Assembly: GCA_019058295.1 (NCBI GenBank)
Contig: JAHPZI010000006.1
Span: 64,001-128,000, forward strand
From: Promethearchaeota archaeon
Lineage (GTDB): Archaea; Asgardarchaeota; Lokiarchaeia; Sigyniarchaeales; SOKP01
DNA: 64,000 nucleotides
Reading direction: 5' to 3'
Within the stretch, counting starts at the first letter, position 1, and every line of letters begins with the position of its first letter. The notes below the pieces were generated by a model that searched no databases, was not told where the DNA came from, and worked only from the letters and a program-made list of their open reading frames with translations. The translations under genes and the position numbers were made by a program. Below, piece after piece: positions 18,927 to 29,078 of this stretch.

Positions 18927-20225
18927 TTGATGGGAAATAGATATATCATCGATAATAAAATTACAAATAAATTTGTTGAAATATATACGAAAACAACTTA
19001 TAGAATTATCGGAAATAATAAACACTCTGCTATTAAACCTTGTCATTGGCTCGAACAGAAATTAATGACAGGTAGAGAAAATAGAAATTGTTATAAGAGC
19101 ATTTTTGGAATTCAAAGTCATAAGTGTCTTCAGAATAGTCCCTCTTTCCCCTTTTGCAATCATCAGTGTGTTTTTTGCTGGCGAGATATTGAAAATGGAG
19201 ATCTAGGAAGCGATTTTATCGTTGAGCCAGACGAACCCAGAGATTTAGTTAATGAGATGATCCGACATCATCAAGACATTATCCAAAATCATTTACCCTT
19301 AAGAAGATATTTGGATAACTATGAAATTATGAATGAAATCCTTTATTACATGCTCAAAAATGGAGAGCACTGTGATATCAATCAGTTATCTAATATTATT
19401 CACGTTAGTCGAAATAAAATTGAACGAGCATTGATTTTACTAAAAAATCAAAAATTTATACACTCTATCGATAATACTTATAAAAATTTTAAACTTGAAG
19501 AAGATATTAAAAGTTGTATTAATTCAAAAGAAGAGATTCAAAGCTTAATCCATAGTGAACTTACAACTCCAGATGAAATTATGCAAACACATTCCGAAGC
19601 TATCTATCCAAATCACGCAGCTATTTCTCTTGATGGAGAACCGTTATTGTATCCTAAAATATCTGAACTCGTTGAAGAATTTAAAACTCGAAAGATGACT
19701 ACATTTATCGTGACAAATAGTACTTTACCAGAAAAGATTGAATCTTTAGATTCGTTACCTTCACAATTATATCTTACTCTGCCAGCTTCAAATGAAGAAG
19801 TTTACAAAAAAACTTGCCGTCCAATGATTAAAAATGGGTGGAAAAAAATTGAAGCCTCTTTAGATATGATTGAATCGCTATCCTGTAGAACTCTCGTAAG
19901 ATTAACTGCTGTTAAATCCCTTAATGTTAAGCTGGACGAAAGTCTAATAAAAAATTATGTTAAAATTATTGAAAAAGCAAATCCTAACTTTTTCGAAATT
20001 AAAGGTTTTACATTACAAGCAAAGGCTTTATTAATAAAAGAACGATTAAAAAGCGATAACCCAGTCAATTATTACTTTCCAGAATATGATTATTTAGAAC
20101 AAATCGCTTTAAAATTTGAGGAGTTGGGAAATTTTCCCTTGATTTATACAAATAAAGATAGCAGAGATTTCTTGTTTGCTGTGAACTGGGATAAAAATAA
20201 AGATCCTAAATTAAGAAAACCCTAA
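18927..20225 (+). CDS. taw1: Radical SAM 4-demethylwyosine synthase TYW1/Taw1 with internal insertion
   Basis: HSAIKPCHW, CYK..FGIQSHKC, CNHQCVFCWR, HAAISLDGEP, TFIVTN. Confidence 0.9.
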   Translation: MMGNRYIIDNKITNKFVEIYTKTTYRIIGNNKHSAIKPCHWLEQKLMTGRENRNCYKSIFGIQSHKCLQNSPSFPFCNHQCVFCWRDIENGDLGSDFIVEPDEPRDLVNEMIRHHQDIIQNHLPLRRYLDNYEIMNEILYYMLKNGEHCDINQLSNIIHVSRNKIERALILLKNQKFIHSIDNTYKNFKLEEDIKSCINSKEEIQSLIHSELTTPDEIMQTHSEAIYPNHAAISLDGEPLLYPKISELVEEFKTRKMTTFIVTNSTLPEKIESLDSLPSQLYLTLPASNEEVYKKTCRPMIKNGWKKIEASLDMIESLSCRTLVRLTAVKSLNVKLDESLIKNYVKIIEKANPNFFEIKGFTLQAKALLIKERLKSDNPVNYYFPEYDYLEQIALKFEELGNFPLIYTNKDSRDFLFAVNWDKNKDPKLRKP

Positions 20226-21440
20226 TCAGTTATTTAAAATAAGTTTCATGAATTCTTCTCCATTCTCAATTAAACCATACTCACCTTTTTCACCAGTGTT
20301 TTCAGAATATTCTCGCTGAGATTTTGATAGCTTTTTAGGATTATAAATAACAAAAGGTATTGGATCACTAGTATGTGTACGTTTTTTGCATGGAGTTGGA
20401 TGATCTGGTAGAACTACAATAACTAATTCATTATTAAATTCTTTTTCTGCTTCAATAAATGGTTTTACAATCTTTAAATCAAAATCTTCTAACGCAGCTA
20501 TTTTCTTTTTGGGATCTCCTGTATGGCCCATCTCATCTATAGCTTCTATATGTAAATATACAAAATCTTTTTCTCTTAATTGTTTTAAGGCAGCCTCTAC
20601 TTTGCCCTCATAATTTGTATCTGGTAAACCAGTAGCACCCTCAACTCGAATGGGTTTGAGTCCTGCAGCAATTCCGATACCAAATATTAGATCGACAGCA
20701 GAAATAACAGCGCCCTCTTTTCCGTATTTTTCTTTAAAAGATTTAATATTTGGTCTTTTACCAACCCCCCATGGCCAAATGTGGGTCGCAACTACTTTTC
20801 CCTCTTTTTTCCTCTCTTGATTAATCCTATCATTCCTAAGTGGTTCCTGACTCTCTTCAATAAGTTTATTTATATAACTTGCAGTTTTTATTGCTTTTTC
20901 GTCATTAGGATCTTTAGGTATTGTTAAGTAATCTTTATATGGTTTTCCAAGATGATCATGTGGAGGATATTGATGGATATTAGCGGAATAATTATTTCCA
21001 TCAAGCTTTAAAATGTGGCGATATTGTACACCAGCAGAAAATTCTGCACCAGTAGTATATGTTAGGTTATCAATTAAATGCTTAGCTTCGCCAGTAGTTA
21101 TATGACCTGAAGAATAATCATAAATAAATCCATCTTTAATATTTATTAAATTAACTCTAAACACAATATCATTCTCTTTTAATTTTACTCCAGCACTTAA
21201 AGCTTCAAATGGTCCACGACCACTATAGTCATTTTCAGGGGCATAACCTAAGATAGTCATATTTGCAACTCCACTATCCGCAGGCATATCGTCAGGAATT
21301 GTCTTTAACATCCCCATCTGACCATGACTGGCAAGCCAATCTAAGTTAGGAGTTTTTGCTGCTTCGAAGACAGTTTTATGCCCCAATTCCTCAATCGGCC
21401 AATCCGCTGCCCCATCACAAATTAATATGATATACTTCAT
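20226..21440 (-). CDS. apgM: Cofactor-independent phosphoglycerate mutase, archaeal type
   Basis: DGAAD, TPNLD, ADSGVAN, GRGPFEA, EAIDEMGH, PDHPTP, HTSDP. Confidence 0.92.
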   Translation of the reverse strand: MKYIILICDGAADWPIEELGHKTVFEAAKTPNLDWLASHGQMGMLKTIPDDMPADSGVANMTILGYAPENDYSGRGPFEALSAGVKLKENDIVFRVNLINIKDGFIYDYSSGHITTGEAKHLIDNLTYTTGAEFSAGVQYRHILKLDGNNYSANIHQYPPHDHLGKPYKDYLTIPKDPNDEKAIKTASYINKLIEESQEPLRNDRINQERKKEGKVVATHIWPWGVGKRPNIKSFKEKYGKEGAVISAVDLIFGIGIAAGLKPIRVEGATGLPDTNYEGKVEAALKQLREKDFVYLHIEAIDEMGHTGDPKKKIAALEDFDLKIVKPFIEAEKEFNNELVIVVLPDHPTPCKKRTHTSDPIPFVIYNPKKLSKSQREYSENTGEKGEYGLIENGEEFMKLILNN

Positions 21441-21485
21441 GAACTAATTATCGAGTGATAATAATTATTTTAAAATGATATTACC

Positions 21486-22127
21486 TTAAACTTTTTTGAT
21501 GTCTTTTTGATATTTATGAATTATCTTTCTGAGTTTCTCTAAGTTGGTTTTTTTCAATGCAGAAAATTCTAGAAAAGGAATCTCAGCTTCTTTACCATAC
21601 TTAAAATTGTCTAAATGGATAAAAGACAAACCATATTCTTTTGCTGATTCAAGAAATAAATTAATAATACTTCTTTTATCGATATGTGAAACTTTATCAA
21701 TTTTATTTATAAGAATTAAGAGTGGAATGCTATATTCTTTCAGAAAATTGATTAATTCAAAACTTAATGGAATTGACTCCCTATTTTGAATAAAATATTT
21801 ATTAATTTCATCTTCAATTCTTAGAGCATTTAAAACGACTAATCCAAGAAAATAATCTTTATTGCACTTTTCAATGTGAATTATTATTTGTTTTTTAATG
21901 TGTTCTTCTCTCCTACGACTCGAATGTTTCATATAACCGAATCCAGGTAAATCGACAATTTGATAGGGTAAATTAGGTTGCGAAATTGGTTTTATTAGCA
22001 TTGTACTACCAGGTTTTTTACCTGCTTTTCCCTTGAATTTGCTTGGATTTGGTAATAATAACCGAGTTATAGAACTCTTTCCGACATTAGAATTTCCAAT
22101 AATTAACAAGGATGATTTTTTCTTCAT
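21486..22127 (-). CDS. engB: EngB/YihA-family GTP-binding protein
   Basis: GNSNVGKSS, GKKPGST, DLPGFG, NKIDK, FSAL. Confidence 0.88.
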   Translation of the reverse strand: MKKKSSLLIIGNSNVGKSSITRLLLPNPSKFKGKAGKKPGSTMLIKPISQPNLPYQIVDLPGFGYMKHSSRRREEHIKKQIIIHIEKCNKDYFLGLVVLNALRIEDEINKYFIQNRESIPLSFELINFLKEYSIPLLILINKIDKVSHIDKRSIINLFLESAKEYGLSFIHLDNFKYGKEAEIPFLEFSALKKTNLEKLRKIIHKYQKDIKKV

Positions 22128-22146
22128 TTTACTATAATTAAAAAGC

Positions 22147-22995
22147 TTAAATATCTAAGAAATCGTCTTTGAGGAAGTCCCTAAACATTTCTTTTTTCTT
22201 TCCTTCTTCGATAACGGGTCTTGTGCTAATAGGCTTTCCTGCTTTTTCTAGAATCTCTTTTAAATCTTCAATATTAACTTTAGGATTAACTTTAAATTTA
22301 CCACTCATGTATCGGATAATTTTTTCATTCTTTAACGATAATCTTAAAATATAGCCGAGTCCAAAATAAAATTGAGGTTCTGGTATTGGATCGATTGCAC
22401 TTTTACTAGTTATTTCTTTTAAAATATCATATAATAAAGATTTACTCGCAGTATGATCTTCTACTTCGAAGACCAAATAATAAAGCGAATGGTACCATAT
22501 TTTTTCGCGCTTTTGTTTAACATACTCTAAAAATTTTTCAGGTGTAATTATTTCCTTTTCTTCTTTTTTTTTTTTTTCTAACAATTCCAGTTTAATTCTT
22601 TCTTCTAACTCTCCAGAAATCTCTTGAGTAGGTTTAGGCTCAACTTCACCTTCAGAAAGGCTGTGTAATTCCTCTTTTTTAACGCTTTCAATTGCTTGTT
22701 TCATTTCTTTTAATTCATCAAAATCAATTTGTTCTATATCTGAAAAATCTGAGATTAAATCCTCTTTTTGTTGTATATAATCACTTATTTCATTTTCACT
22801 CTCAGGAATCTCTGTATCTTCACTCTTTATATCTTCTTCTTTAACTTTAGCTATTGCTTCTTGCATTTCCTGAATCTCTTCGAATTCTAAATCATCTAAA
22901 TCTGAAAAATCTGTTTCAAGAAGTTCCATATCTTTTAAATAATCTTGTAAATCGTCTTCGTTTAATTCATCTTTTTCTTCATGATTTTCGTTCAT
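22147..22995 (-). CDS. Hypothetical protein with duplicated acidic N-terminal motif
   Basis: 282-aa ORF, co-oriented between EF-2 and engB. Confidence 0.7.
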   Translation of the reverse strand: MNENHEEKDELNEDDLQDYLKDMELLETDFSDLDDLEFEEIQEMQEAIAKVKEEDIKSEDTEIPESENEISDYIQQKEDLISDFSDIEQIDFDELKEMKQAIESVKKEELHSLSEGEVEPKPTQEISGELEERIKLELLEKKKKEEKEIITPEKFLEYVKQKREKIWYHSLYYLVFEVEDHTASKSLLYDILKEITSKSAIDPIPEPQFYFGLGYILRLSLKNEKIIRYMSGKFKVNPKVNIEDLKEILEKAGKPISTRPVIEEGKKKEMFRDFLKDDFLDI

Positions 22996-23111
22996 ATTTT
23001 AATCATTAATAAAATATTTTCGCTTTTTATCAATAAAATTATAGTTTTTTAATACTTTAAATATTAATAATCTGGAAAAAATAAAAATAAGCAATAAAAA
23101 TATTATATTCT

Positions 23112-25364
23112 TTAAGTTCTCTTGTAGATGAATCTCTCCCAGGATTTTGCGGATGGCATTGATTCTGGCATTCCTTTGCGTTTTCTTATCTCTAAAATAA
23201 CATCTTCTTCTAACGAACTAGGAACTTTTTCAAAACCAAGAAATTCATAGCCAAAGAAAGCACGGCCCTGAGTAGTGCTTCGAATCTCATCTGCAATTCC
23301 AATTATTTCCGCTGCGGGAATTTGTCCTTGAACTCTCACATATTCTCCTTCAGGAATAACATTATGAATCCGGCCTCGATGTTTGAGTATTATTGAATTA
23401 ACACCCCCTTCGGTTCCTTGAGGGGTTTTTACATCAATCTTCTGAATGGGTTCGAAAAGATGAGGTCCAGCTTCTAACATTGCCAATGATAAAGCAGAAT
23501 ATGCCATGCTGGCGGTTTGTGCAAATTGAGTGTGTCTAGGGTCCTCATGGATAACCATGTCTGTAAAAGTTGCTCTAATTCCCATGGCAGGTTCCTTCGC
23601 TATAATACACTCTTCAAGCCAATTTCTAAAGGAGCTCACTAAGTCATTTTTGACACGATCAAATCGCTGTAATCCAGATGTTCCATTAACAAGGATATTT
23701 CCTTTATAAACATCAACGATACGTCTTGCTTCTTTCGCATCCCATCCTGCTTCTTCTCTTAGGATTTGAGCCCGCTCTTTTTCATTTTGCAAATCGGTAA
23801 TTTTACCTAAATCTATTAATTCCTCGGTTTTATTATCTAAAGGTTCAACATATAATAATAACCGATTATGCGCATTTGATGATTTAGTGTGATATTCTTT
23901 GCTTTTCTTACTAATTTTTTCTCTATACACTATGATGGGTTCTCCTATTTCAATATTAACTTGATTATTTATCCTTTTGGTCAAGATTTCAATTTGCAAT
24001 GGGTCAATCCCGCTTAAGATATACTCCATTGACTCTTTATTGAGTCGGAATTCAGCCGTAGGATCCGCTTGCAACCATTTCCCTACGACTTCTCCTAATT
24101 TTGCTAGATCATGAGGATCTTTGGGTTTAATACTTCTCGATACAACTGCTCTACAGGCGTAATTTATTTTTTCAAACGATGGAAGATTTGCTGCTTCATC
24201 TTTATCCTTAGGTATTTTATCAGATGCTAAAAAAGTCTCTCCTGAAGGGCAAATAAATCCATATAATGCAAAAAGATTCCCTGCGGGAATACTTGAAATA
24301 TCTAATATATCTGTAATCTCCATAACACCTAATCTTTTTACTCGATTACTAGTTTTGCTATTAACCAGATATAATGAGTCGGTTTGGTCAAAAGTACCTG
24401 AGAATACTCGACCGATTAAAGTTGCTTGATAATTTTTCTTAGGATCAAGGAATATTTTAGTAATCATACCATAGAGAGGTCCTTTCGGATCACTTTTTTG
24501 TAAGGCTTGACCAAGTTCAGAATTAAGATCGCCCCCCCAAATATGAGGTATTCTATATTTTGCGGCAGAAATAGGATTGGGTAAATGATCAACAACCATT
24601 CGTAGTATTGGCTCATCAAGAGGTAAGTTTTCTCTTAACCACATGATATCTCCTTCGTTATATTTCGCAAAAACATCTTGAGGTTTTAATTTCTTCTCCA
24701 GCAAAATTTCATAAGTAAAACCCCATCCATGTTTTGCTGAACCGACTGCTACACTATTTTTAGCAAAGTCAATTGACCAATCTGATCCTTCAGGTCTTAC
24801 CTTCTTAATTAGATCATTAACATCTCGCGTAATTTTATCTATTTTTGCGAAAGTGTCTTTTGGACTTAATTTTAATTCGCTAATCAATCTGTCAACTTTA
24901 TTAATGAACAAAACTGGTTTGCAGAACTCTTCGCCTACAGCAAGTCTGATGTTCGTTTCCGTCTGAGTCATTATTCCTTCTAACGCATCAACTAATATGA
25001 TGGCCCCGTCACTTCCTCGAAGGGCACGAGAAACTTCACCAGTGAAAGATATATGCCCAGGTGTATCATTTAGCTGAAAAATATAAGGTTCATCATCATC
25101 AGGGTGTCTTGGATCTTGAAAAGCGAGCAATACGACACTTGTGAAAATTGTAATGCCACGTTCTTGTTCCTCATCGTCGCTGTCAGTCATTTGTAACTGA
25201 CCTGCGTCTTCAGGTCTCATAAGTCCAGCCCGTCTTAATAGATAATCAGTCGCTGTGGTTTTACCATGATCAATATGAGCTGTAATACTGAAAATTCTTT
25301 TTTTCTCGTATGAGCCAGAAGTAACAAGTTTAGCAATTTCTTCCGGATTCTTTACTTTAACCAT
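23112..25364 (-). CDS. fusA: Elongation factor EF-2 family protein with non-canonical diphthamide loop
   Basis: AHIDHGKT, EQERGITI, DTPGH, NKVD, C-terminal IRKRKG; domain IV loop HEDPRHTQFAQ. Confidence 0.93.
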   Translation of the reverse strand: MVKVKNPEEIAKLVTSGSYEKKRIFSITAHIDHGKTTATDYLLRRAGLMRPEDAGQLQMTDSDDEEQERGITIFTSVVLLAFQDPRHPDDDEPYIFQLNDTPGHISFTGEVSRALRGSDGAIILVDALEGIMTQTETNIRLAVGEEFCKPVLFINKVDRLISELKLSPKDTFAKIDKITRDVNDLIKKVRPEGSDWSIDFAKNSVAVGSAKHGWGFTYEILLEKKLKPQDVFAKYNEGDIMWLRENLPLDEPILRMVVDHLPNPISAAKYRIPHIWGGDLNSELGQALQKSDPKGPLYGMITKIFLDPKKNYQATLIGRVFSGTFDQTDSLYLVNSKTSNRVKRLGVMEITDILDISSIPAGNLFALYGFICPSGETFLASDKIPKDKDEAANLPSFEKINYACRAVVSRSIKPKDPHDLAKLGEVVGKWLQADPTAEFRLNKESMEYILSGIDPLQIEILTKRINNQVNIEIGEPIIVYREKISKKSKEYHTKSSNAHNRLLLYVEPLDNKTEELIDLGKITDLQNEKERAQILREEAGWDAKEARRIVDVYKGNILVNGTSGLQRFDRVKNDLVSSFRNWLEECIIAKEPAMGIRATFTDMVIHEDPRHTQFAQTASMAYSALSLAMLEAGPHLFEPIQKIDVKTPQGTEGGVNSIILKHRGRIHNVIPEGEYVRVQGQIPAAEIIGIADEIRSTTQGRAFFGYEFLGFEKVPSSLEEDVILEIRKRKGMPESMPSAKSWERFIYKRT

Positions 25365-25504
25365 ATCTTTTCACATTATTTCAATTTTTGAGGTATTATA
25401 TCACAAAAAAATATGGGAAAACATAAAAATTTTGTGAAACAAGGCTATAAATCCTTAATTTTAGACAGTTTCATATTAAAAAAGATTAGTCGTTATTTCT
25501 TTTA

Positions 25505-26962
25505 TTATAAATAAAATGGCAAAACCATCTCCTTTAAGACATATATTACCCTTTTTCCCGTAACTGTCTTACAACCAAACGAGTTTGAAATATTTATAAT
25601 GTTTAAATTATCAGGAATTTTATTTCTGATGAAGTCTTTTAAAAATTCTAAAAATATTGTAAATTTTCTCTCCGTTTCAATCCATAAATATCCTTTTTCT
25701 TCGAAAAATTTAGGATTTTTCTCTTTAAATTGACGGGCATGAAATTTATCTTTCACTGGTGGACCTTTGCGTATATAAGTGGGAGAAATTATAGGTTTTT
25801 CGCAAAATATCGCTACATTATATTCATTAAGTTCTACTTCAAAATATAATTCAAAAACTATATTTTCAAATCTTTTTGCATGAGAAAACTCTTTTTCTCC
25901 GTTTGCTTTGATGCTATGGCATAATGAATATAATTTATCTCTATTAATCGTATAATGGACATCATCATTAACATTTTTAAATTCTAAAACATAAATTTTT
26001 GAAATTAAAGGATCTTCAGAATTAGATAAGTCCACTTTAGGGATTGGTTTTATTCTAAAAAAGTTAATATTTGGATTTTTTAAGAAAGCTTTAACTATTT
26101 TATTACAATATTTATATGCCTTCTCGGATATCGCCGATGCTACATTCCTATTTTTATCAATAGGATCTGTAATAATAAGAAAATCGTTTTGGAAATGAAT
26201 TATCTTCTCTAATTCTTTTTTACTTCTATTAAAATAGTCTAAAGGATTTTCTTTTAAATCATTAAAGTTTTCAAAAACTTTTTGAATCGTTCCAAAATGA
26301 TATATTAATAATTCAGCGCTATATCCAATGAAACCAACCTTTCCAACTGCGCTCTTGTCACCATAACTATGGCAAGATTTAAAAAATTGTTTTAAAAGCC
26401 TAACATCATTTTTTTGATTGTTTGAGAGATTATCCCTAACAAACCATCCATGCCATGGTGACCTATCAACTGCAGTTATAGGTCCATTTTCTCTTATAAA
26501 TTCAAGGTCCAAATCAAAATAAAGAACGATATTAAACTCAATTTTTGTATCCTGAGTAATATAATCTACAGTTACATAAGGATGTTCAGCATATAATAGG
26601 CGGGCATTTTGAAATTCTTTTAAATTTAAGACTTTTAGGATCCACTCATTACACAATTTTAAAAAATCTTTTTTCGATGCTTTCTTTAATTTATTTTTAC
26701 TTAATCCCCTATATCTTGGTTCATATGATTCGTAATTTAATCCAATAAATAAATCAATATCAAAATCGTTTTTTAACTGAGTTTGTTTAATTCCAGTGGA
26801 CCCTTGAGGTTCGATTTTAGTATATTCAATATTTAATTCCTTCGCTTTATTTTCTAATAAGGACTTTAAATTCTTAGTAACTCTTTCAATGATAGCTAAT
26901 TCTTGATCGGTTGGTATAATTTCCTTTAATCCTTTATTTAGGATATCATTTATTGAGTTCAT
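25505..26962 (-). CDS. cca: Archaeal class I CCA-adding enzyme
   Basis: QGSTG..T.L..DFDIDLF, YAEHPYV, AVDRSPWH, VRLLKQF, DPID..RNVASA. Confidence 0.93.
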   Translation of the reverse strand: MNSINDILNKGLKEIIPTDQELAIIERVTKNLKSLLENKAKELNIEYTKIEPQGSTGIKQTQLKNDFDIDLFIGLNYESYEPRYRGLSKNKLKKASKKDFLKLCNEWILKVLNLKEFQNARLLYAEHPYVTVDYITQDTKIEFNIVLYFDLDLEFIRENGPITAVDRSPWHGWFVRDNLSNNQKNDVRLLKQFFKSCHSYGDKSAVGKVGFIGYSAELLIYHFGTIQKVFENFNDLKENPLDYFNRSKKELEKIIHFQNDFLIITDPIDKNRNVASAISEKAYKYCNKIVKAFLKNPNINFFRIKPIPKVDLSNSEDPLISKIYVLEFKNVNDDVHYTINRDKLYSLCHSIKANGEKEFSHAKRFENIVFELYFEVELNEYNVAIFCEKPIISPTYIRKGPPVKDKFHARQFKEKNPKFFEEKGYLWIETERKFTIFLEFLKDFIRNKIPDNLNIINISNSFGCKTVTGKRVIYVLKEMVLPFYL

Positions 26963-27043
26963 ACAATTTTAGTTTTAATTCAGTAATTAAAGTGAATAAC
27001 TTAACTGTTTTATATTGAAATTCTGATATTTTTAATCACCCGA

Positions 27044-28849
27044 TCACATCCCCCACCAGGGGTGTTCCTTTTCTCTCTTTAACTGAATATATTCTCTCAA
27101 TGCTTCTTTTTGATCGCTTGTTAATTCGTTTAGAAATTTTGCCATTAACTGTCTTACATGGGATTCTGGAACGTTAACAAATAGCGTTTCGTCTTTCCCA
27201 ATATCACGTCCGATTTCAATACCTCGAACAGATATTGCCACTTCCTTATCTTTATCAGCTTTATCTAAAGATTGACCTTTATCTTGTATTTGATGAACTC
27301 TTCCAATTAGTTTGCCCTTATCAGTTATTAAAGGAACTTTTGATTTTAAAGTGCCTCCTTCGACACTTACACCAAAAACCGCCGGATTTGAATTTCTGAA
27401 AATGTACTCTGGGAACATTTTAATTTTAGCTGGCAAAATTAATTCTCCCAATTCTTTTGCGGTATCTTCAGCTCGTCTAGTCTCTGCATATTCTATATAA
27501 TCCTCTAATAAGCGATATATAACATTATTAGTAAAAATTCTAATATTATCAATGTAAGCTTGCTCCTTCGCTTCAGGCAAAATAGGCACATTAAAGCCTA
27601 AAACCACTGCCGAATATGGATCAAACTCATTAACGATATTAGCGTTCATAATATCTTCTTTTTTAATTGGCCCTACATCTGCGATAGAAATACTTATGCC
27701 ATTTTTAGTTAAATGATTCTCTAAAGCTTCAAGAGATCCTAGAGTATCTGTTTTCAAAACAATACCAGCTTTTTCTGTTTTTATTTTAATACTTTCAACT
27801 TCGGCTTCAATTTCACTATATACGCTTTCTTCTTCGGAAGGGTCTGCAATTATCCTAAAAGGAGAACCAGCCACTACATCTTCAATATTTGGAGCGAGTA
27901 TTTTAAGACCAGCAGCTGCACTTATTAAATCCTTGTTATCAAATTTTTGTCTCGGATCCCTAATCTCATCTAAAGGTTTTGGCACCAATAATGCTCTAAC
28001 TTTTGATTTAATCGGTTTTTCTAAACCTCCAACGATAAAATTATCGCCTTTTCTAATGATTCCATCATATATTAAAAGATCTATTGTTTTTCCATATCCT
28101 TTTTCTTTTTTAACTTCTAATACGACGCCCTTTGCAGGTCCTTCAGAAAATTTCAAATTCTGAGTTAGGAATTGTTGGACTAATCCCATTAGTACCATTA
28201 AAAGAGTAGAAATTCCTTCTCCAGATTTAGCACTGGTGGGAATGATTGCAATTTTTTTTGTAAAGTCTTTTATTTTATCATATCGATCAATTCCTTTAAA
28301 ACCTTCTTCCAAAAAACTACCTACGATTTGAAGAATCTTCTCGTCTAAAAAATCTTTCACATGTGGTTTCTGTTTATTATAGGAATCCAAGAAGTCAGCG
28401 TCTTTTATTGATTTCCAACCTGAAATTCTATCGATTTTATTAGCAGAGATTATAAATGGCGTTTTTTTCTCTCGAAGAATTCGCACAGATTCCCATGTAA
28501 TTGGCATGGTACCAGCAGTTACATCAATGACTAAAATCGCGATATCTGCAACAGCACCGCCTCTTTTCCTTAAATTCATAAAAGCAGCGTGACCAGGAGT
28601 ATCAACAACCAAGATTCCCGGAAGCTTGATATCTTTCTCTGCAAATTCTTTCTTTGATTTTGCTAAGAAATCTTTAATGTTCTCAGTTGGAAAATAAGAT
28701 GCACCTATATGTTGTGTAATTCCTGCGGCCTCTCTTTTTTGAACTATAGTCCCACGGATATAATCCAAAAGGGACGTTTTTCCATGATCTATGTGCCCCA
28801 AAATACACGCTATTGGTGCTCTTATTATTTTCTTTTCTTGCTCAGCCAT
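27044..28849 (-). CDS. infB: Translation initiation factor aIF5B (IF-2)
   Basis: GHIDHGKT, EAAGITQHIGA, DTPGHAAF.NLR.RGG, GSLEAL. Confidence 0.96.
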   Translation of the reverse strand: MAEQEKKIIRAPIACILGHIDHGKTSLLDYIRGTIVQKREAAGITQHIGASYFPTENIKDFLAKSKKEFAEKDIKLPGILVVDTPGHAAFMNLRKRGGAVADIAILVIDVTAGTMPITWESVRILREKKTPFIISANKIDRISGWKSIKDADFLDSYNKQKPHVKDFLDEKILQIVGSFLEEGFKGIDRYDKIKDFTKKIAIIPTSAKSGEGISTLLMVLMGLVQQFLTQNLKFSEGPAKGVVLEVKKEKGYGKTIDLLIYDGIIRKGDNFIVGGLEKPIKSKVRALLVPKPLDEIRDPRQKFDNKDLISAAAGLKILAPNIEDVVAGSPFRIIADPSEEESVYSEIEAEVESIKIKTEKAGIVLKTDTLGSLEALENHLTKNGISISIADVGPIKKEDIMNANIVNEFDPYSAVVLGFNVPILPEAKEQAYIDNIRIFTNNVIYRLLEDYIEYAETRRAEDTAKELGELILPAKIKMFPEYIFRNSNPAVFGVSVEGGTLKSKVPLITDKGKLIGRVHQIQDKGQSLDKADKDKEVAISVRGIEIGRDIGKDETLFVNVPESHVRQLMAKFLNELTSDQKEALREYIQLKREKEHPWWGM

Positions 28850-29078
28850 TTTTTTAATGCTTGCTGGAAATAATTATCTATATGGAATAAAAAATGAATC
28901 TAAAGATTAGAATTTTATTAATGATTTAAAAGTTGAAATTTATATATAATGATTTTTTTTAAACAACATAGTGAGTAAATAGAGTTGGTTAATTATGATA
29001 TTTTTTTATTGGATTGGAAAAAATCTCACTAAAATTAAAAAAAATCGATGAAAATTATATCTAATTATTATATTTGAC

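Noticed and set aside
19290-19560. Intein in TYW1
   Set aside because: No Cys/Ser start with a His-Asn end and no splicing blocks; the insert looks like a wHTH.
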